Positions 1-12,610 of a stretch of DNA of 64,000 nucleotides are shown here, piece by piece. The DNA lies in contig AP026162.1 in assembly GCA_030295235.1 (NCBI GenBank), forward strand, positions 2,294,001-2,358,000, in the 5' to 3' direction. The DNA comes from Fistulifera solaris (lineage: Eukaryota). The first letter of the stretch is position 1, and every line of letters begins with the position of its first letter. The notes under the pieces are model-generated. The model ran no database searches and was not told the DNA's origin. It saw nothing but the letters and a program-made list of their open reading frames with translations. A program made the position numbers and the translations under genes.

Positions 1-34
1 AAACCTTAGTTACTACTGCGACGATGCAATCACA

Positions 35-1691
35 GTGGCTGTGCTATCTATTGGAAAAGTTCGTGGTTCCAAATCGCGTCAGGATTTAGAGAGACAAGAA
101 GCTAGTCTCCGAGATCAGCCCAACATTGTAGTTGCTACACCGAACGGGCTTCTTACCCACATTCGGTCGGGTGCCTTGGACATAAAAACCACTGTTCACA
201 CCGTGGTCGTTGACGAGGCGGATTTGGTTCTTTCTTTCGGGTATTCCAATGATGTAGCTGAAATCATGAAGGCTCTGCCGCGCATTTATCAAGGTTTTCT
301 CATGTCAGCAACACTTTCGCCGGACGTGGAATCGTTAAAGAAGGTCGTTCTGCATTCTCCGGTTGTACTTAAACTCGAACAAGACGACTCCCGCGACGCA
401 AAATCAGGATCATTGAAACAGTTTTACGTGAGTCTGCCAAAAGAGGACAAAAAGCTGGTTATTTATGTTTTCCTTAAGCTGGGCTTGCTGAAAGGAAAAG
501 GCATTTTCTTTGTTAATTCAACCGATGGGGGATACAGGCTGAAGTTGTTTCTTGAACAGTTTCATATCCGATCATCGGTTTTGAATGCAGAACTTCCTTA
601 CAGAAGCCGCATGAATATTATTGAGCAGTTCAATGTTGGTAACTTTGACTATTTGATCGCAACAGACGAAAGTGCAGATGTTCGAAGTGAGCAGAGGAAA
701 TCAGGTAATAGCGACGACGAAAGCGACAGCGACGAAGAGCAAAATACGAAAAAGGGGAAGAAGAAAGACTCTGAATACGGCGTAGCTAGAGGCTTGGATT
801 TTCGAAACGTTTCTTTTGTTGTCAACGTTGACTTTCCTCCAAGTGCAAAATCTTACGCCCATCGTGTCGGACGAACAGCACGCGGTGGAGCGAAAGGAGT
901 GGCTTTGAGTTTAGTCGACAATAAGTCTGCGGAAGAATTCCAAACTTTGTTGGCGGTCCAAGACGATCAACCCGCTCTCCCTGCTGGTGAATTACCGACG
1001 TTATCTGGTTCAAATGTCGACGACGCGGAAGCGTCATCATCTGCCGCTAAGGATATACCACAGCCGAGTCCCCTTGATTTTGATTTAGCCGAAATTGAAG
1101 GTTTTCGGTATCGAGTAGAGGATGTGGGTCGTGCGGTGACAAAGAATACGGTACGCGAAGCGCGAGCCAATGAACTGAAGATGGAACTTTTAAACTCGGA
1201 AAGGTTAGAAAGTCATTTCGATGAGAACCCTGCTGATTTGCAACTGCTTCGACATGATCGACTGGCGACGAATGTCTCCAAAGTGCTGGATCACTTAAAG
1301 CACGTGCCTAAATACTTGCTCCCGAAAGGGATGCAGGTAGCGAATCTGAACAAGAAGCGAAAGAAGAAAAAAAGTCAAACATGGAACGGGAGGCGAGCGA
1401 AGAAAAGACAACGACCCACTGCAATCATTTGGAGGAGACAAAAGTTTAAATGACGTCGACGGCGACATGGAGCACGATCCTCTGGTAGCTGAATTTATGG
1501 ATGATGGTACAGATGACGAAGAAGGTCCTACCAAGAAACAGAAAACGCAAGAGGTTTTTGCGAATACTCGCGATGGGACCGGTCAGAGCACGGCTGGTCG
1601 CAATGCATGGAAGCAAAAACACAGGAAGGGCCAGTTTAGTGGAAAGAAACGGAAGTCAGAGCGCAAGAAGAAAGATCCTTTGGGAATCTAG
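35..1691 (+). CDS. DDX56: DEAD-box RNA helicase DBP9/DDX56 (5' part outside window; apparent frameshift at the A7 run 1367-1373)
   Basis: Motifs TPxxL, DEAD, SAT, ARGLDF and YxHRVGRTAR, plus the DBP9-type C-terminus (FRYRVED, ELLNSERL..HF..NP.DL.LLRHD). After the A-run the frame of ORF 1467..1691 reads KVKHGTGGERRKDNDPLQSF and runs to the stop at 1691. Confidence 0.9.
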
Positions 1692-1863
1692 TTGGGCGTT
1701 GGGCATGATTAGCTTAGTTTATACCTCTAAAACTGTGATTTAGATTTTAAAGTGTCGACTCGAAGCATAAATATCGTACTCGTAGTAGACTAGTTCGTCT
1801 TACTAAGCAGATCTTCAAACAACCAGAATCTGGCTGTCAACGCGATCTATAGAATTTAAGATT

Positions 1864-2108
1864 CACGACTGAATTGCAGTCGTGGCGAAAAGTCGTCTTC
1901 ACTTTGGTTCATACTAAAATAGACAACGATACATAACGAGAGTTTCGACACAAATTATCCATTCTTGCGTTACAAAGACTGCAAATTGAATTGATTGTGT
2001 TGAACGACAAATTAGCTAACAAGTGTGCAGAATGAACGGAGGTAGGTCTAGATCGTAGCAGTTGAAATCGAAAAGTTTATGATGATTCATGACTGAAATG
2101 CAGTCGTG
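1864..2108. repeat. Two direct copies of the palindromic motif CAYGACTG-N5-CAGTCGTG (1864-1884, 2088-2108); third copy at 40445-40465
   Basis: Read directly: cacgactg-aattg-cagtcgtg, catgactg-aaatg-cagtcgtg, catgattg-aattc-cagtcgtg. All three are intergenic. Confidence 0.75.
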
Positions 2109-2220
2109 GTAAAATTGACTTTGCACTTTATTAGAAAAACCCATCGCATCGCAAGCACGCATTTGCAGGAAGGTAATTGCAAACTAGAGTGCGCCTGCTA
2201 ATACCCACAACATCATCACC

Positions 2221-3318
2221 ATGGCGGGGGAAACATCATTGAATGAGACAGTGTTGTCGAATTTAGGTCGTAAAGCGAGAGAGAGACTGACTGAGGAACG
2301 CTCGAAGCGCCCGGAAATCAGGAGGATCGAAGCACCGACCGAGATTGAACAACATTCGTCTTCCGCCAAATTTATTATTCCACCCAAGAAACGAAAGCCT
2401 TCTTCCGAGCGATCACGAATAAGGAAACGTACATCTGCGGTAGACGATACAAATGTGGATCGATGGTTGCCCTCTTTGGCACATATTGAAATTTTGCCGA
2501 AGGAAAGTCGATCGCGTTTGGTCCAGCTACACGGTCTCCCTCTTGAAACAACCGCTGCAAAAGTCAAGCGCTTTTTCATAGGTTTAGACCCAGAAAAAAT
2601 ACTCTTTTTACCCACACGACATGATCAAAAACGAATCATGTCATTGGACGCAGTGAACTCCAATCCGCGCAAGAAGGGAGGCGTTTGCGTGGAACGACAT
2701 TCACCCGATTTTCGCGTATTTGTGCTCTTCGATTCGGCTCCCACTGCGGCATTAGCCGTGGATCGATCCGGAGAAGTGATTGACGTCGACAGCGACACGG
2801 GCGCTTCAATTGCTGTGTCCATGGTCCCGAAACCAGTGGCGAGCCACTTTCTAAAACACATGACGGTGGAAGCCCGCGCTGGAGCATCTCTTCGACAAAA
2901 GTTAAAGGAAGTTGAGCGTACGCTCAATCCGAAAATAAGCGATATTTTGTGGCAACAGGCGGACGAGGAACTTGGTCTGCAAGTCTCTGACACGAATTGC
3001 AACGTGAATAGCTCGTCCCCTGTATTCATCAATACCAGATTATCGGGTTACAAAAAACTAAAGCAGCAACTGGATTGGCTTTCCGAGCAACGTCAAAGTT
3101 TATACTATGAGTTGCCTTTTCCATCTTGTGAACTTTTGGACCCAAGTTTAGACGCGGACCCGATTATGCGCCTTTCGTCTAGCGCCGTGAAAGCACTAGA
3201 ACGTGAAATAGATCGCATTCGAGCGGAATCGCTCCTTTTGGAACGCTACAAATCGCATTTTTCCGTTCAGGACGGATTGGAAGATGAGAATTCTACATCG
3301 CTTGAGCAAGAATCGTAA
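2221..3318 (+). CDS. RRM (hnRNP F/H-like quasi-RRM) domain protein
   Basis: 365-aa ORF. LVQLHGLPLETTAAKVKRFFIGL and VFVLFDSAPTAALAV resemble qRRM strands/helices; basic NLS-like N-terminus. Confidence 0.6.
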   Translation: MAGETSLNETVLSNLGRKARERLTEERSKRPEIRRIEAPTEIEQHSSSAKFIIPPKKRKPSSERSRIRKRTSAVDDTNVDRWLPSLAHIEILPKESRSRLVQLHGLPLETTAAKVKRFFIGLDPEKILFLPTRHDQKRIMSLDAVNSNPRKKGGVCVERHSPDFRVFVLFDSAPTAALAVDRSGEVIDVDSDTGASIAVSMVPKPVASHFLKHMTVEARAGASLRQKLKEVERTLNPKISDILWQQADEELGLQVSDTNCNVNSSSPVFINTRLSGYKKLKQQLDWLSEQRQSLYYELPFPSCELLDPSLDADPIMRLSSSAVKALEREIDRIRAESLLLERYKSHFSVQDGLEDENSTSLEQES

Positions 3319-3337
3319 GGAAACTTAATTATGTACA

Positions 3338-4108
3338 TTAATTCTCAGCTCTCCTCTTTGCTGCTTCGTGCATTCTCTTCTGAACATGCTTGGAAGGCTC
3401 ATCCTTCCGAACGATAGCCTTTTGTGCGTCCTTTTTCCATCGTTCTACAGCATCTGCTTGCTTTTCGCTGCAACACAAATCGATTAGCGAGTCCTTTTCG
3501 GGAGCTAACTCCTGCAAAAAGTCGTGCACCATCGTCGCCGTTTCACTTCCACACCGCTTAAAATAACCCGGTTTGGATCCTGCCAGTGGCCCACACTGGA
3601 GTCCTAACTGAATCAATTCAAACAGCGACAACGCGCAGGCTTTGCAAATACTGAGTGATGTTTCGGCAGTTTCCTTTCCGATAGCGTGGTACTTCAAAAT
3701 CGATTTCCATTCCATCGCACAATTCAAGATGGCACGAAGAACATTGTTTTGATAAGTCGATGTTGTATTCAACGCCAGCGTCGATGTTTGGATGGAATAT
3801 TTGACATTTTTGACTCGTTGCTGAAAATGGTTCACTTCGTTCTGAAAATGCGATAATGGTTCCTCAGTAGGTTCGAGTGACTCGGTCGAGTGATGATTTA
3901 CTAGTTGCTCTTCTTCTTCGACAACCTTTGACTCGTCAACTTCATCTTCCTCCACACTGCTCCCGTCATCTTCCTCAACATCATCCTTTACGACTCTATT
4001 TGGTTCCGGTGGTCGCCGCCGCCGTCGGGCATTGTGTTTCGGCAACCGTCGATCATTTGGACCTCCTCGTCCACGAAAGACACGCCGCTGCTGCACGTGT
4101 CCTAACAT
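3338..4108 (-). CDS. Hypothetical protein (basic/acidic N-terminus, helical C-terminus)
   Basis: 256-aa ATG-initiated ORF with protein-like composition; no recognised domain. Confidence 0.6.
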   Translation of the reverse strand: MLGHVQQRRVFRGRGGPNDRRLPKHNARRRRRPPEPNRVVKDDVEEDDGSSVEEDEVDESKVVEEEEQLVNHHSTESLEPTEEPLSHFQNEVNHFQQRVKNVKYSIQTSTLALNTTSTYQNNVLRAILNCAMEWKSILKYHAIGKETAETSLSICKACALSLFELIQLGLQCGPLAGSKPGYFKRCGSETATMVHDFLQELAPEKDSLIDLCCSEKQADAVERWKKDAQKAIVRKDEPSKHVQKRMHEAAKRRAEN

Positions 4109-4645
4109 TTGTGCTGAATAGACTGCTAATGCAATTTATTTATTTATATAATGAAAATGTTCTCGACATCTCTATTCGAGGGTCTCAAACACGCTCTATT
4201 CTTCGTCCAAGTAGTCTACCTGGTATGCGTGTCTGATTCTGCCTAAACGTCGCTTTTCCGTCTGCTTCAAGATATAAACAATCGTATCTACTATACTAAA
4301 AAGTGTATATCAACTTATCCATGACTACCCTTCAGTCATGAGTCAGTACTTGTCATCGAGCGACGACGCTGCCTACAATTCGCTTGAAGGAGGCCTATTA
4401 TCTGTTTAATTACCACCAACAACAACCTCAGTAACATCAATGGCAAGATAACCGTAAAAAACCGAGGGACAAGGAGGTATAAATTTTTTTGCGAGGGAGG
4501 TCGACAAGTTCCGGGACTGAGGTCTGATTGAGTCACCGTTTCAGGTCTGTATGGCTAGAGAGACATCGCCGAATATTCTACGCAGAGCTAAAACGAGTGT
4601 CCAAAATAGAATCTTACTTTTGTATTTAGTTAGGAAAAGACGGCT

Positions 4646-6163
<1,518 letters not shown>

Positions 6164-6801
6164 TTGTTGGAGCTGTATGTTGACAAGTTAAATAGAGGAA
6201 GGGAAACAAGAAGGTCGTACTGTCAAGAAAGGAAGAATAAGGCTATCGTACATTGCGTGCACGGTGGATGCAACATGCAATAACAATGCTGTGCGGCCAC
6301 ACGCCAAACGAGCGCGCGCGATCGAGAAAAACTCCCTCCGAAATTTGACTATGAAAGAGTGTGTACGTTACATCTTAGACCACAGTGCATTCAAATTCAA
6401 ACCGCCGTGCGCCCAATTGAGTCACGAAGCTCAGTCATGAGCACCATAGTATCACGTATCACCGGAAGATAAATAGTTTTTCGCTTTTCGACAAGACTGG
6501 AGTTCAATCATGAGTCATCCGGTTGATGGATACTCCGTAATACTATTAAGATGAGCAGATGACCCTTTTGCATCACACTTTTTTTCTGTCGTTGCATTCT
6601 ATCGTTTTACAAACGTACCAACAACCCGTGTCCTATATTTCTCTTTGTCATCATGTCGTCGAAAGCACCTCCCATGCTGGCGGGGACTCTGCAAACCGAT
6701 CCCCGATCGGGAGGATTGAAACGAAGCAGTGGTGTCCAGGTGTTGCCATCGGTGGCCGAAAGTACGTTCCCCTTCACATCGGTAGATCCTCTACTATTAT
6801 T

Positions 6802-7161
6802 ATGATGAATTCGACTCAACCTGCGCATATAGCTTGGGCACAAGTCCGTGACAACAGCAATACCGACGTGGATTGGTTGTTGGCCGGATACGATCAGGGC
6901 AGTAAAACGGACATTACCGTGTTGGCTCAGGGTCACGGAGGTCTGGAAGCGTGTGCAGCCGCTTTGCCCTCCGACGAACCCGTCTTTGGCGGTTGCCGCC
7001 TGAGCACTGGACGGTTTCGACACTTTTATCATGCCCCCGAAAGTGCCTCGGTGATGAAAAAAGGTCGAGCGTCCATGCACAAGAATGGCGTGTTGAATGT
7101 ATTGGAAGGGTGTGATGGTGAAATTGCGATTCGACCCGGAATGACCGAAGCTGATCTGTGA
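6802..7161 (+). CDS. Coactosin-like ADF-H (actin-binding) protein
   Basis: AWAQVRD..TDVDWLLAGY...GHGGLE...LPSDEPVFGGCR...SVMKKGRASMHK matches the coactosin/ADF-H pattern; start inferred at MMNST. Confidence 0.7.
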   Translation: MMNSTQPAHIAWAQVRDNSNTDVDWLLAGYDQGSKTDITVLAQGHGGLEACAAALPSDEPVFGGCRLSTGRFRHFYHAPESASVMKKGRASMHKNGVLNVLEGCDGEIAIRPGMTEADL

Positions 7162-7265
7162 AGCGGCTGGGTTCGCGAAAAAGAACACAAGATAGAAATA
7201 ACGAAATAATGATCATAATAGCAGGGGGAGCTCTGTGCTCCATAACTCGGTGTTTCTAGAGAATC

Positions 7266-8522
7266 CTACATTATGTCAAACATAGGTTCGTCGCCACGCG
7301 TCGGTGGCTCGTCGGGAAGCAGGAACCATGGATGATGCACTACTTCTTTTAACGTCAGGCGCAGTCTTGGATCCACTTGTAGCAAATTCTTCAATAAATG
7401 TTCTCCTTCCGGACTCAATCGAACACCCCAATCCGACAACAGTTGAGATAACCCGTGCGTCATCCAGTAAAATTGCGGGTCCGATGCATGCGGACGTTGA
7501 TACGAGCGATTGCCCGTCACCATGCAAAACAGAATGGTACCGGCGGTCCATAAATCGGCCGCCTCGCCGTCAAAGCTATTGCGATTTCGAAAAATTTCGG
7601 GTGACATATAGGGAAGTTTCCCGCAAGCTCCTTGCGGCTTGAAAAGGCAGCGCAGCGGAGTGTCCCCGTTACCATTGGCTAAGGCAGTTGCCTCCATAAT
7701 ATCCGTCGTTCGATCCGCGCCATCGGCTATTTGATACGGCACCCTTAAGCACATGCCCATATCAATGATCAGAGTTCCTTGCTTATCAATCATAACATTC
7801 TCCGGGGACAGATCTCGGTGACAGATTCCCACCGAGTGTAGATGCTGCAAACCCGAAATGATTTGACGAAACCAATACCGTGTTTCTCCTTCCGATAAGC
7901 CCGGAGGGTGCTCGCCCGCCAGTTCCGCACGGGAGGCTTGTACATCTTGCAGCAATTGAAACAAGTCACCCGAATCGCAATACCGCAGCACGACGTTGAG
8001 ATTTTTACCATCAAATAACACATCCTCGCATCCCAATACATGCGGATGTTCATCACCAATCAATTGCATGGCGGCAATTTCTTTGAGAGGATCTTCCGCG
8101 TGGCGATTGCGCAATTGTTCCATTCGTTGACAGTAGTTCACTTTGACGGCCACCAGCCGTTCCGTCCACTGAAAGACTACATCATCGTCCCCGTAACTAC
8201 TATCATCATCTTCACTTTGACTCTCTTCTTTACTACACCGCTCTAATACGCGACAAATCTCCACGTGGCCCATGATTGTTTTGATGGGCGATTTGTGTGA
8301 CACTTTCCAGTACGCTTCTTTCACTTGACTGTCACCGTCATCTTCTTCACCAAAGGTCGTCCGGGAATAATCCCGAAAGAGAACGTCACGAACAATGTCG
8401 TGTTGACCGGTCTTGGGGTTGTACACGAGGACGTTGGCGCGTTTTCCGTAATAGTATTTCGCTTGCGGGAAGGGAATGGGGTCGGACGGAGGGCCCAGAA
8501 TATCAAAGGGTCGTTCTTCCAT
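7266..8522 (-). CDS. Ser/Thr protein kinase (CAMK-like, stramenopile type)
   Basis: VAVK, HRDLSPEN, IIDMG, GKLPYMSPE, DLWTAG, HPWF. Confidence 0.9.
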   Translation of the reverse strand: MEERPFDILGPPSDPIPFPQAKYYYGKRANVLVYNPKTGQHDIVRDVLFRDYSRTTFGEEDDGDSQVKEAYWKVSHKSPIKTIMGHVEICRVLERCSKEESQSEDDDSSYGDDDVVFQWTERLVAVKVNYCQRMEQLRNRHAEDPLKEIAAMQLIGDEHPHVLGCEDVLFDGKNLNVVLRYCDSGDLFQLLQDVQASRAELAGEHPPGLSEGETRYWFRQIISGLQHLHSVGICHRDLSPENVMIDKQGTLIIDMGMCLRVPYQIADGADRTTDIMEATALANGNGDTPLRCLFKPQGACGKLPYMSPEIFRNRNSFDGEAADLWTAGTILFCMVTGNRSYQRPHASDPQFYWMTHGLSQLLSDWGVRLSPEGEHLLKNLLQVDPRLRLTLKEVVHHPWFLLPDEPPTRGDEPMFDIM

Positions 8523-8931
8523 GTCTATGTATTAAAATAAGCTGTGAATAATGAGGGTTGCACGTCTGGCTGATACGCGAAATGCCAGAAGCGCAACAAC
8601 AAAAAATGGCTCGTCGTTTCGCGTGCGAATAAGTGCTGAGAAGTTCTCGAGGCCAGGCGTGAAAAATGCAGCGCGTATTATGGCACGCGTGCGCGCCGAG
8701 CTGTTTTCACGATGTGACAGTAACTAGTAGTACTAATACCGCTAAGATTTTCAACGACTTTTGCTAGGGCGACAATGAAAGTCACCATCTGCGTTGTTTG
8801 TTGAACAGAGACCGGAGTGAGCCTACGTAGTATGTCTTTCAAACTGATTCTAAAGCAGATGTGATCACTCTATTTGAAATTTACACGCGTTTTCAGCATT
8901 ATGACTGTAATTTTCTCGACAAATGGAATAC

Positions 8932-9886
8932 TTATTGCCAAAACGTGATTCCATCGTTCGGGACAAAGACACCCCGCCACCGAAGAATGGAATGATGCGT
9001 ATCACGGGCACCAAACATATCTTTCAACTGTTCTTCAGCATCAAACAAAGCATCTTGCGCGAGTTGGACCGCTGCACTAGACCAGCTGGCACGACGGTGA
9101 CCTCCCCATTTGGGGGAGACGGCGGGCGGCCCATTCCGTGGCGCGTTGGTTGTCCTGCAATGCCGCGTAGGTCATGACGATCCCCGACAAGGCACCCACA
9201 TGCCACGGCTTGACGGCCAGGACAATCAACAACATTTTCTCAGCCTCCAGCCATCGTTTCTGTAGAATCATGAGCGTGGCCAGGCGATGAATGGGCTCCA
9301 CCCAGTAGAATCCGTAATGCTGAATGATTTTACGAAGTTCACGTTCAGCATCTTCCCATCGCGACTCTGCCATCATCTGTTCTACTTTATACAGTCGAGC
9401 CGCCGCTTTGGTGCCCCGCTCTCGACACCAAAGATTCGTGAGATCCGCGACACTATCGTCGCCTTGGGCTAGATTTTTCAATAACGCAATTTCCATAGAT
9501 CGGCGTTCTCGTTCGAGAGTTGTCAAGAGTGGTGCTGGAGGTAATTCTATGTCGACCCGGCTCGGTGGTGCATGAATCCGATCGGTACTACTGGGCAATG
9601 CATCGAGAAACGGAAGGACGGAATGCCACCCATTCGAAGGAAAATCTTCCTCATCGCGAAAGGGATGCGCACTAATGGTCAACAAACTCTCCAAACGCTT
9701 TCGAACTTCCTCGGCATCAAAGTGGTTATTGTTGTCATCGTTCACGTTTGACGGTGTGCTGAAGGACCTCGCCGTTGACAGGAGCCGGAATGGCTGGACG
9801 GACGAAATAGTAAGGAAAGCAAATACTCCACATTTGCCTGTAAGAATCGTAAAAGGAAGATAAACCGACAACAACAGTCTCTGCAT
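8932..9886 (-). CDS. TPR-like helical protein, probably plastid-targeted; apparent frameshift near 9104-9116
   Basis: Signal peptide then VFA-F; TPR-like WVEPIHRLATL..KPWHVGALSG. Removing one base in the homopolymer extends the frame as GGHRRASWSSAAVQLAQDALFDAEEQLKDMFG...FWQ* to 8932. Confidence 0.6.
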
Positions 9887-10505
9887 TTATTATTCAAGCG
9901 CCGCAATGTCGTGCCCGAAAGACTTCAAAAGTATGCGCGACGCGACAGCACGAACAGATGTGCTTAATCTCTCTCTTTTAGGATGTAGCAACAAAGTAGC
10001 GTTCAGCAGATCGGATAATTCTTGAGCAACAAAAGCAGATGACTGATGGCTTTGTGTTTCTTTGGTGCAGCCACCTGTCAAAGAGTCAAGAGTCAAGAAT
10101 CTGTTCCGTTGACAGCGATGATTATGACGGTTATTATTACTCCGCCCGAGCTCCGTGTTCTTTTAATGTCATTATAATTGTTATCCATGTTCGGCGCGAA
10201 CACCAAAGAACCACACAGTAAAAATAAAACAGAACGCTTTTGTTTCTCTTTTTAGACAATTCAGTCACTGAGCGACACATAAAATTCAGATCCACGACTC
10301 AACAGGTGATGACGTAGAGAGCGAGAGCCGCCATAACCTGTGACTGCAACAACAAAAAAGGCAAACACTAATAAAACAACGCGAAAAAGTGAATGAGCGA
10401 GATGCTGTGACTGCTATCATCCATTCTTTGAGCCTGAGAAGACAATTGCACTGTTGAGCATCCAACAATCAACATTAATTACTATTTGACGGAGCAGACT
10501 AGAAA

Positions 10506-11624
10506 ATGCGATTGAAATACGAAGGCCTCTTTGCTTTTCTACTCGTCGCATCGGGCGGCACTGCCTTTTCTACGCATTCATTCGGCATTCGACCATCGTT
10601 GAATATTAACATTCATCCAAAGGTTCATTACATAAGTACGGCTCTCGCCTCAACGTCATCCGAGAAAGCACCAGCGGCATCGTCCTCTTTACCGGGCCCC
10701 AGTCTGGATGGCAAGCGCGTTTTACCGTATCGCATTCTTGCCGGTTCCCTCAAAGGACAAGCGCCGGTGGCGGCAGTCTACGCAGTCCTCAGCTCGAATT
10801 ATCAACGTGGCCAAGAGGGCTGGAATACCGCCCTTCACATTGGTGTCACACAAGATTTAATGGCCGCCTTGGAAAGTCATGTCGAAAAACACGGCCCGAG
10901 CGTGGCTCACGTACGCGCCATTTCGTTTGCCGCGCCGCAACCAAATGCCATGCAAAAAATTGCTGCCGATTGGAAAGAATTGGCAAGAGAAGCCGGTGCT
11001 TCGTTGCAGGATTGGGGTGATGATGTATTGGGGCATCTGTACGATGATGATGACGACGATGATGACGAGTTTGAGGAGGATGCTCCCGTGGGAGACGATG
11101 TCGTCTCACCGTTCGAGTTGCCCTCCGTGTCCGTCACCAAAGACGACGGTACATTTTTGGAACTAACCATGGATAATGTGGATAAAGTCTTGGATGAAGT
11201 ACGACCGTATCTAATAGCAGACGGAGGCAATGTGGCCGTCGATCGAGTGGACAGTGAGACGGGGAATATTTACTTAAAGTTGGAAGGGGCCTGTGGATCT
11301 TGCCCATCTTCTACTGTAACCATGCAGATGGGAGTTGAGCGGGTTCTGCGAGAAAACTTTGCTAATATCAATCAAGTGCTGCGCGTGGATGACGATCCAC
11401 TCAAACCCAAGGAATTAACATGGGGAGCAGTGGAACAGGAAGTGAATCGATTAGGTTCGGCCATTGTTGCCATGGGCGGAGTCATGAGATTATTGGATGT
11501 AGATGCGAACACAGGTATTGTTAGAATTTTATTCAAGGGTCCGAAACGGGTTCAGCAAGGTCTGGAACTTGCCCTTCGAGATGTCGAGTACGTGACTGAC
11601 GTTGTCTTCACCGAGGAAGAATGA
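10506..11624 (+). CDS. Plastid NFU-type Fe-S cluster carrier with an N-terminal GIY-YIG-like domain
   Basis: Signal peptide + GTA-F; VLDEVRPYLIADGGNV...LEGACGSCPSSTVTM (NFU CxxC); degenerate second NFU repeat at the C-terminus. Confidence 0.9.
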   Translation: MRLKYEGLFAFLLVASGGTAFSTHSFGIRPSLNINIHPKVHYISTALASTSSEKAPAASSSLPGPSLDGKRVLPYRILAGSLKGQAPVAAVYAVLSSNYQRGQEGWNTALHIGVTQDLMAALESHVEKHGPSVAHVRAISFAAPQPNAMQKIAADWKELAREAGASLQDWGDDVLGHLYDDDDDDDDEFEEDAPVGDDVVSPFELPSVSVTKDDGTFLELTMDNVDKVLDEVRPYLIADGGNVAVDRVDSETGNIYLKLEGACGSCPSSTVTMQMGVERVLRENFANINQVLRVDDDPLKPKELTWGAVEQEVNRLGSAIVAMGGVMRLLDVDANTGIVRILFKGPKRVQQGLELALRDVEYVTDVVFTEEE

Positions 11625-11756
11625 ACGCAAAATGCCTTTCTATTCCATGTGTAATTTCGGCAAGTTGTGAGCTCATCGTGCTCCAGCTTTCTTATATACG
11701 TTCGAAACCTACATTACGCGTAGTATTTTTACAAGACAATTAGAGCAGCTTATTAT

Positions 11757-12380
11757 TTACATCTTTTTCTTGGATTGAATTTCTTCAGTGCCAGTCATAC
11801 CACTAAATAGTTGACCCAACATCTTGCTGGGGTCTTTCTGTAGCTCCATTTGTTTCTTCATCTGTTCTCTTTCTTCCGGATCTAAACCTTCCATCATTTT
11901 GGGCATCCAGAACATGAGAATCACACTCACGCCCATCATGAGAAACATGGGATTTTTCAAAAGCGAAAAAATCGAAAATCCGCGTCGCGGTTCAAAATAC
12001 TCATACTTGGCCATGGCTGTTAACACTAAGGGATATTTTGCAAACTGCTTCTTGGCTCCGGGGTACAGATATTCGAGACACTTGGGGTCCGCGCTTTCGT
12101 CTTCCAGTAATTGAATTTTGATTTGCGGGAAGTGATAGACCGAAGAGAATACATCGAGTTGATGGATACCCGGAGGAACATTGTACAGCGCAAACGAACC
12201 GTCGGCACGTGAGTAGGTCGCAATTTCACCGTGATTCAGTACAATGCGACTGGTGAGATTGAATGCGAGTCCGTCGGTGAAATGAAGTCTTCCTTCCAGC
12301 GTCTTGGCGGCTGCGACGGCCGATGAAAGGCATAAAATTAAAAGGATACGAATAAATGATACTTTCGATGATGATATCAT
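11757..12380 (-). CDS. EMC7: ER membrane protein complex subunit 7
   Basis: Signal peptide; DGSFALYNVPPG.H.L.V; YFEPR..FSIFSLLKNPMFLMM; TM followed by PKMMEGLDPE. Confidence 0.85.
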   Translation of the reverse strand: MISSSKVSFIRILLILCLSSAVAAAKTLEGRLHFTDGLAFNLTSRIVLNHGEIATYSRADGSFALYNVPPGIHQLDVFSSVYHFPQIKIQLLEDESADPKCLEYLYPGAKKQFAKYPLVLTAMAKYEYFEPRRGFSIFSLLKNPMFLMMGVSVILMFWMPKMMEGLDPEEREQMKKQMELQKDPSKMLGQLFSGMTGTEEIQSKKKM

Positions 12381-12610
12381 GGTTCTATACGAATTGAAAA
12401 GGAATTATAACAAAAGCTTTTTTGTTTTTTCATTGCTCGTTTGCGTGCAAACTTTTTTCGGTCCCTGGCTCCTGCGACAGACAGACGATTTTGCTCGTGA
12501 CTCGGATGCAACAAACAAAATAAATACTCAGTAATAAAGAAACAAACACGCGCAAAACCAAGGTAGCAACTGTTTGAGTAAAGATGAATAGCATCTAAAA
12601 GAATTTAGAC

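Noticed and set aside
1361..1453. Programmed ribosomal frameshifting at the A-run, and at the other breaks
   Set aside because: The breaks go in both directions, occur in A, C, G and T runs, and share no slippery site, adjacent stop or structure. Sequencing error is simpler.
11040..11082. GAT/GAC microsatellite-like runs (also near 56810 and 57410)
   Set aside because: They encode acidic linkers inside proteins.
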